NCBI GenBank assembly: GCA_001642005.1
Contig: LWCA01000159.1
Location: 1 to 45,838, forward strand
Source of the DNA: Intoshia linei
Taxonomy: Eukaryota > Animalia > Orthonectida
Direction: 5' to 3'
Length of the DNA: 45,838 nt
Part shown: positions 38,401 to 45,838 of the stretch, piece by piece
Layout: each line of letters begins with the position of its first letter
How positions within the stretch are numbered: the stretch's first letter is position 1
Notes under the pieces: generated by a model
Database searches by the model: none
The model's input: the letters and a program-made list of their open reading frames with translations, nothing else
Told to the model about the DNA's origin: nothing
Translations under genes and position numbers: made by a program

Positions 38401-39212
38401 TTTAAATTGAAGCCATTAGTTATTGGTAGAGCCCAAAATCCAAGAGCATTACGAACTTGCAATAAAAATTATTTGCCTGTTATTTGGAAATCAAATAAGA
38501 AGGCACGGGTAACTCAAAGCATGTTTCAAGACAGGTTTAGCACATATTTTTACCCAGCAGTGGAAGAATACTACAAAATTAATAACTTATCAAATAAAAC
38601 ACTTCTCATATTGGATAACGCGCCTGGTCGTCCTAAATATTTGTGTGATATGTATGAGAATATCAATGTTATCTTTTTACCACCCAATACCACTTCCTTA
38701 CTTCAGCCCATGGATATGGGTATCATATCCACGTTCAAATCACATTACTTGAAAAATTTCAAGTGCTGTCGATTTAACTACTGGGGAAGATTCTATTACA
38801 CTTACAGAGTTTTGGAAAAACTATAATATTAAGGATGCTATATAAATACAATTATATTATTTAAATAAAATATATTAATTCATCGGTTCCCAGATGCAAA
38901 CCTGCGTACCACTACCATACTGCAGAAATAAAAAAATTTGATAAATAGTATTGATTCTGGTCAACTACTATAATAAAAAAACCTGAAGATCGCTATTGAA
39001 GTCATACAAATTATTGAGAAAATTATGCATTTGTTTATGATTATTTTTATTAATAATAATGTACACGGGTTGGTATTTTAAAATCTAGGAAAATAATAAA
39101 TAAACGCATAAAAAAGGATACAATTTTTTCCAATAATATTTGAATTAAAGTAAAATCAATGAATATAGACAAATCAACAATTACTGTAAATCCAAGAGAT
39201 TTCCGGACAGGC
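35425..39212 (-). CDS. RhoGEF with CRAL-TRIO-like N-terminus and DH-PH tandem (puratrophin-1/PLEKHG4-like)
   Basis: The 755-aa ORF has DH motifs (ELIETEHVYL, IFSNVEALYKFH, YNANKPCSE, LLEPVQRLSRY, HGNDLL) and a PH domain (NLKKQGKLI, YLFDRVLIF, RDEWIRNI). In-phase upstream exons: 37886-37767, 39084-38983, 39212-39122 (LGFTVIVD). True start and possible 3' exons (about 35045-35130) are unresolved. Confidence 0.88.
38116..38860 (+). mobile_element. Tigger/pogo transposon remnant (DDE_1 transposase) in RhoGEF intron
   Basis: TA^CAGGTATACCTCGATTAACGCG terminus; SKDRITVLLAGNADGDFKLKP, LLILDNAPG, FLPPNTTSLLQPMDMGII. Right TIR not found. Confidence 0.88.
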
Positions 39213-41181
39213 CTAAATACAATGTATACAAATAAAATTAGACAATTTTGTCAAAATAGAAATAAAAATTAACTACAAGTCACATTTACTCAAATCAGTG
39301 AAACGAAACAATTTAATTACATTTACCTGTCAAAATAATAAAAAAATTACAAAAAATAAATAATTATAAAAAATATTACTGCAATTAGTTATAAATGAGA
39401 TAGTATTACTTTGAATTAGAGCCCTGTAATAGGTCTATTTTTACTGGTCAGTGATCACTGCGTGTGAAGAAATATAAAATATTACCCGTTATGAGAATGT
39501 GGCGCAATATGGTAAAGAAAATTTAATATCGGTTAGTAATTTATAAAAAATTAAATTAATTTACGCGAGTGATTCATGGATGTATTCGAGGCCAGTAAGA
39601 ACTCGGTTCACATCAATTTTAAAAGATTTTAAATTCATGCAATTCGGATAAATAACTACTATGAATCTTGACAAAACATCAAGGTAGCCTATATAAAATT
39701 TTATATAAAAATTACATTTAACTGGTTAAGACGGTTCAAAAAATTAAAAAAAATATTACGAAAAATCTTAGAGAAAGTGGTTAAATTTAAATTAAAAGAA
39801 TATTACAATACATCTACAACAGTAAAGTGTTATAAGGATCAATTAACCGTCCTAACAGAGGTAAGCATGTATAAATATTAATTTTATAGTTTAAACCTGA
39901 AAAGGACATTATATGATCTCGATACAAATCTGCATCAAATTTCGGTAAATTTTGCATTTTTAAAATAATTGTACTTGGTAATGAGCAATGTAAAAATTAT
40001 CGATAATCATATGATGACAATTTGCAATTGTCAGTTAAAATCTTTTACAAAGCAAATGTAATGATTCAGCTATTAGAGACTTTTTTGTTATTTTCATGTG
40101 TATATGATGGTAATCACAATGTAATTTATATGTTTGGCGCATTTATATATTGATATAGTTACATTCTTTTTGTCATTAAAATTTTGAAAGAATCAAAAGT
40201 TTTGACTCAAAACTGAGTCGAACAAAGTAGTTTATTCGTTGATCTCATAAAACAATTCCATAGCGTTTAATATATTATCGGTATACCATGGCGGATATTT
40301 TAATAATAAATACATTGGAATGATATTGAATAAGCTGTTATACGGAGTGGAGAAGAGTTTTAATCGACACTGGTTCAGAAAATTCGTTCATGGGAAAAAA
40401 TCAGAACTTGAAAATAATTGCCAAGGAAAATTTAAGGATTGAAGGTATTATTGGTTATATTGTGGATAGTAATGAAATTACGATTTTAGAATTATTTTAT
40501 AATAACGAGATTTTTTATGAAAAATTTTTTATTTTGCCCGATTTCGAAATTTACAGTAAAAGTAAATTTGATTTAATTTTGGGGATGAATTTTTTACGCA
40601 TTCACGATTGTACTTTACAAATTAAGGAAAATATTTTAAATTTTAATAAAGAAAAATCGATCATAAATATATCTACGGATTTCATACATAATGATTTAGC
40701 TGTGATTCATAATAAAAATGACGATTTTATAATGATCCTGAGATATTGAAAGATAGACTATTAAATGAATTTAAAAAGGTGTTTTTGGTTGAAACTGGAT
40801 TTACGAATCTTATTCAACACAATATTGAGTTAATGGAAGGAGCAAAAGCAGTCCAAGGACCTTTATATAGTATACCAGGGAACAAAAGACAAGAAATCGA
40901 AAATTACCTACTGGAACTAATCGATAAAGACATTATTGAACCTGTAGAATCAGGAGACAAAAACAATTTTAGATCACCTTGTCTGTTGGTAAAAAAGAAA
41001 GACGGTAAAGATAGGTTATGTACAGACTTCAGAAGTTTAAATAAGATCACAAAAAAAGATCAATACCCTACACCAAACCCATAAGAAATTTTTGACAATC
41101 TAAAAAAAGTTAAATATAAAGTACTACCTTTTGGAGTAGTAAATGGGCCAATGACATGAGTGACAAAGATTAAGTGATAAA

Positions 41182-41518
41182 TAGGGCGGTTTTTTTAACC
41201 TATAAAATAAACAAATTATGTAACTTTATTAACCTATAAAAACTTTCTTATTACAAAAATATCAACTTCAAATTGGCAAATGTAAATTTCTATTTTGCAA
41301 TATATTTTTTTTCAGATCGACTGTTATGAAATTTTGGCATTCTAATAATAATAATACTATATCAATCTATGTCATATAAATAATATAAAATTAAAATGAC
41401 TTGTTAAATCGCAAGTGAATGTAAATAATTTTTGATATAACGATATTTATATTTTAAAAAAATGTTCTTTAAAATTACTTGTTTCACTATGTAACTTTAT
41501 TAACTTTTGGCCGCCCTA
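41182..41518. mobile_element. hAT-type MITE inserted in the RT of Gypsy C
   Basis: TIRs TAGGGCGG / CCGCCCTA; perfect TSD GTGATAAA. Confidence 0.88.
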
Positions 41519-41535
41519 GTGATAAACTATTAGAT

Positions 41536-43262
41536 CAGTGTTTCATAACCCATTTTGCGTTATCGCCCATTCTTTAGAATTTTTAAAAATATATTATTTT
41601 TATTGCCTAGTAAAAATAAAATTTTAATTTTAAAATGTAACGTTATATATATATTGTATGCACGAACAAATACATTTATTTTGTTTTGAACTGAATAGAA
41701 ACTAAATAATTGTATTATGAAAGTATTCTTAGAGAATAATATGATAATGTGATCTTTGCGCTTCATGATCGTTAACCAATCTTTTTATATCGTGTTCAAT
41801 TTTAGACAGGAATAAACAGGATTAATCCTTTTCTTCGACATTATGTGATTTACGACACTAAAACACTGTCAATAAATCTACCTTCTATGTCTTTTTCGAC
41901 ACCATTGATGTGATCAACAAATCTTTTTATATCAGTACAATTTGTTTTGTTTTTCATAGAATGCAATTTAAGAAATTGGTATAATTCCTTTTTTTGCAAT
42001 ATTATTACTAAAGATTTCTAATTTTTTAATACACTGAGATAATTTTGTTGCAGCAAATCAGTGTCAATTTATTTCCTACAAGGCACATACTTACACATAT
42101 AATTAGTGTTAGATAACTTATATTGTTAAACTCTTAATAAATTAATTATTATTAGGGCAGTTTTTTATGGCAAAATTCCATTTTTTATATGATAATCAGC
42201 ACGAAATTACAAGCATCATGATATCAATATCATGTTTATTAATTAGCTAATTAACAATTTATAAAGTCAATAAATGCCATAAAGTAAGTTTTTTTTTAAA
42301 TGCCATAAAGTCAATATTTTTTTTAAAGGATATTCGACTTAAAATAATATTTATAATATAATGAACAATAAAATTGAACAAATACCACTTTATCTATACA
42401 ATTTATTAAGAGAAGCGACATCTACAACAAATAGTGTTGAACAGAGTTTCAGTTTGTTAAAAAAATTGCTAAGTAAACAGGCAATTTTTACTTCTTAATG
42501 TTAAGAAGTTGTGTTATGTAAATGTTAATAATATTGTTATACTACAACAGGGGCCGTCATAGGGGGTCAATTTTGATTCTTTGGGGGTCGATTTGATTAA
42601 ATTTTATTAAAAAATATAAAAATAAATTTAAATTTTAAATGTAATTTGAACTTCAATGAAATATAAAATATTATATTATGTTTAAAATCTATTTGTTGGC
42701 GAACTATTGCATCTCAACCAATTAAAAAAGCTCATAAAATTTAAATAATAATGTTAATAAGAATGAATTTAGATTAGAAAAAAATTTTAGGGGTCGATTC
42801 AATACCAAAATTTTTTTGGGGTCGATTGATTAAAAGTCGTGACGTCCCCTGTACTACAATAAAGATTAATAATTTTCAACGTCTCTAATGATACAATGAG
42901 ATTAAAATCGTTTTTTTGATTCGGGGACTATGATAATATTGACATTAAGATGTTTTAAATATTGTATTGATTTAATGTAAGGCCTACGAGAGGAAGGTTT
43001 GGGGTACGATTCAGTTGGTATTACCCATAAAAACAACAAAAATTTTAAGGTCAGATAAAGTCAGTTATTTCATTTTTAGGTCAGTTTTTTTGTTATTCTA
43101 TAGGTCAATAAAAATTGGCCTAATTATCATTTAATAAATTCAATTTTTTTTATTTGATAAAATTCAATTTAATTTGTTGAAAAAAATTAAAAATATATAT
43201 TTTTTTATATATTTTCGCAACACCCAGTTAAAAAGTCAAATTGCCCAGTTTGGGAAACACTG
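41536..43262. mobile_element. hAT (Charlie-like) element inserted in the RT of Gypsy C
   Basis: TIRs CAGTGTTTCATAAC / GTTTGGGAAACACTG; flanks tattagat / gtttagat; internal remnant TNSVEQSFSLLKKL (about 42425-42470). Confidence 0.75.
42548..42851. mobile_element. hAT-type MITE nested in the 41536-43262 element
   Basis: TIRs CAGGGGCCGTCA / TGACGTCCCCTG; perfect TSD TACTACAA; GGGGTCGAT subterminal repeats. Confidence 0.88.
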
Positions 43263-45416
43263 GTTTAGATTATGCTACGGCATACTTGGATGATATAATA
43301 TATTCAGAAAATATTAATGAACATTACGAACACGTTCGTACTGTTTTAAATAGAATAAAAAAGTCAGGACTAACAGTAAATAAAAATAAATGTAAATTAA
43401 TGCCAGATAAATTAAATTTTATTGGACATACAGTTTCGAAAGACGGGATACGTCCTGATAATGATAAAGTAGAATCAATACAAAAAATGGAATGTCCTAA
43501 GAAAATCAAATCTTATTGGACATGTCAATTTACGCTGGAAACAGATATTTCGGTATTGGAGCAATGTTGCTACAAGATGGTAAACCAATCAGATTTGCAA
43601 GCAAAACTTTGGATGCAACACAGAAATTATAGTACTACGCATAAAAAAATTTTGGCGGTCTATTGGAGTAATTTTATAGATATTTATACGGTAAAAAATT
43701 TCTTGTGATTACAGACCATAAACCGTTAAAGGGAATATTAGAATCAAAGAAACACGTGGGTCGTATATTAAGGTGGATTCAAAAATTAGAACAATATGAT
43801 TACGAAATTAGTTATGGATTAGGAATTTTGAATAAAGGTGCTGACGTTTTATCTGGATTGCTTGCGCTGTGGTGTTATGGTAATGACAACTTGGGGATAA
43901 TGAAATTCCAAAAGGAAGATCAAGATTGTATAGAAATAAAACGCTATTTAAATGATAATAGTAGCCATATCCCCAGCAGTAATAAATATTTAAAGATTTT
44001 AAAATACATTAAATTGGTAGACAAAAAAATTGTTAACATTGAAAATAATAAATTGTTAGTACCTAAGGTAAACATAATGAATTAATAAAAAAAATTCATG
44101 AAGGTATAGGAGTAAATCATATGGCAATAAAGAAAACGTATCGAATAATGAGAAGAGCTTATTTTTGGCCAGGAATGTATTTAGACGTAAAGAAATTTAT
44201 AAACGAATGTGATCGTTGTTGTAAATCAAAAAAAGGTAGACCTAAACATATTGCATCGTTAAAACAAATGATTAAATCAAAAGTAAACGAGTTATGGCAA
44301 ATCGATCATGAAGGCTTATTCCCAATGTCCTCAAGAGGAAACCAATATTTATTAGTTTGTGTAGATAATTATTTAAAATGGGTAGAGGCTATTTCCAGTA
44401 TCGTCAACATTTGCATTAGAAACAGCTGAAGCTATATTTAATAATATCATCTGCAGATTCGTAGTTTCGAAAACAAATTCATTTCGATAAAGGTGCAGCT
44501 TTTGAGTCTCATTTAATGAAAAACTTATGTAAGATGTGTAGAATTATTAAAACATCCACATAAGCATATCACCACGAGGGTGTCGGTCTGGCAGAAAGAA
44601 CTAATAGAACAATAAAGGATTTATTAAGAGTTAAATAAAACTGGGATAATAATTTATGGGAAGATCAAATATCTGGTATTTTGTTAGCCTTACATAACTG
44701 TTATACAGAAGGAACAAATGTATTCCCGGCTAGTATAGTATACGGACACGAATTGGAAATCCCTAATCTCGACGAATATGATACGTCATTATATTGGTTA
44801 AGGGATAGAGAAAATGAAGTAATTAATGCTGAAAAACTAATTAATTATTTTACAAAATAGAACCGAAGGGTAAAAAAAAATTTTGATAAAACGGTACCAA
44901 ACGGGATGACTTATTGGAAAAATAATTATAGAATTAACGATAAGAAAGTAAAAAAATTGGACGACCCGTATGTCCCTAGGAATATTAATTGGATAGATGA
45001 GGAAAAAGACAATAATCCATGTTACGATAGGAAACAAAAAAATAATATCACACTTCTAAAATATTGTATATGTAAAATGTCGGAAAACGATACAGATTTC
45101 ATGATCGAATGCTCAGAATGTTTAAACTGGTTCCACGGAAAATGTATAAAAATAAAAAAGAGACATCTAGTCAATAAAAATTATTATTGTCCAGAGTATA
45201 AAATAAAAAAAGAAAAAAATAATTATGTGGATACGTATATTTTGGATAATCTTAATACGAGTGAAATGGCGTTAGCTGAAATAACTGATAATTCTAGAGA
45301 ATTATTAGGGAATCGAGAATCAGAAATAAGAGAAATTAGGATAAGAAAAAAATCTAAAAGATATGACGATTACATATTTTATTAAGTATAAATAAACTCA
45401 ATAAAGATGAGTGGAT

Positions 45417-45727
45417 TCTGGAATTTATGCTATTTGTGACAATTTTCAGGATGGGACTGTTTTTACTTTATTTTTAATATTATAGACACATTCTGTCTAA
45501 TAAATTATTTTAATGGGATGACAATTGTTTTTAAAATTCTTTACGCAAATGTTAACAAACAAAAAATTAAGAAGGAATAATTAATTTTAAAGTAAAAAGT
45601 AATGTGATATGATGGGTTCCACCTGAAACAAATTTGGAACCACTTTTTTAAAGGATTAATAATAGTGAATAGTAGGATTTTTAAGTTAGATTTTCAACAT
45701 GAATTTATTATTTTAATATAATAAAAA
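45417..45727 (+). repeat. Helitron internal fragment abutting the 3' end of Gypsy C
   Basis: Matches about 5071-5350. Confidence 0.7.
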
Positions 45728-45838
45728 GGCAGTCGATTTATTAGCCATCAAATAATAACATATGAAGTCAAATTAATTTTATTTAACTTCAAATTATATA
45801 TAATCAAATTAAATAATTTTGAATTTAAAATATTAAAT

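Larger units (their letters stand above)
39500..45410 (+). mobile_element. Decayed Ty3/Gypsy retrotransposon C with a PHD finger after the integrase
   Basis: Gag-like remnant about 39577-39860, protease LIDTGS (about 40360), RT ([14 protein letters not shown]) split by insertions, RNase H (TDHKPL), integrase (H..YFWPGM..CDRC, WQIDHEG), and terminal ORF 44906-45385 with the PHD. The 5' boundary is approximate; no LTRs seen. Confidence 0.88.

Noticed and set aside
39890-39960. Candidate RhoGEF first exon (MQNLPKFDADLYRDHIMSFS|g)
   Set aside because: Could not be joined confidently to the 39212 exon and lies within the Gypsy C span.

Overview
Very AT-rich metazoan genomic DNA with many tiny (about 34-50 nt) GT-AG introns and fast-evolving proteins. 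The style fits a compact parasite genome such as an orthonectid, but the species cannot be confirmed from the sequence. I assembled five host genes by hand: GMP synthase (- strand, ATG 6538, not traced past 577); a divergent BBS9/PTHB1-like gene (+, 6680-27931) head-to-head with it; an FBXL2/FBXL20-like F-box/LRR gene ending in a CaaX box (-, 31885-27964) tail-to-tail with BBS9; a two-exon orphan (+, 32999-34373); and a CRAL-TRIO/DH-PH RhoGEF (-, about 39212-35425). Introns and intergenic DNA are filled with transposons: three decayed Ty3/Gypsy elements, about a dozen pieces of one non-autonomous Helitron family, many hAT-type MITEs with 8-bp TSDs, and pogo/Tigger remnants. The most unusual items are a Gypsy element with an H3K4me3-reader-type PHD finger after its integrase, a Gypsy Gag with a CCCH zinc finger beside the CCHC knuckle, and a Tigger transposase interrupted by a host-style 40-nt intron. 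All family assignments come from motif recognition, not database searches.
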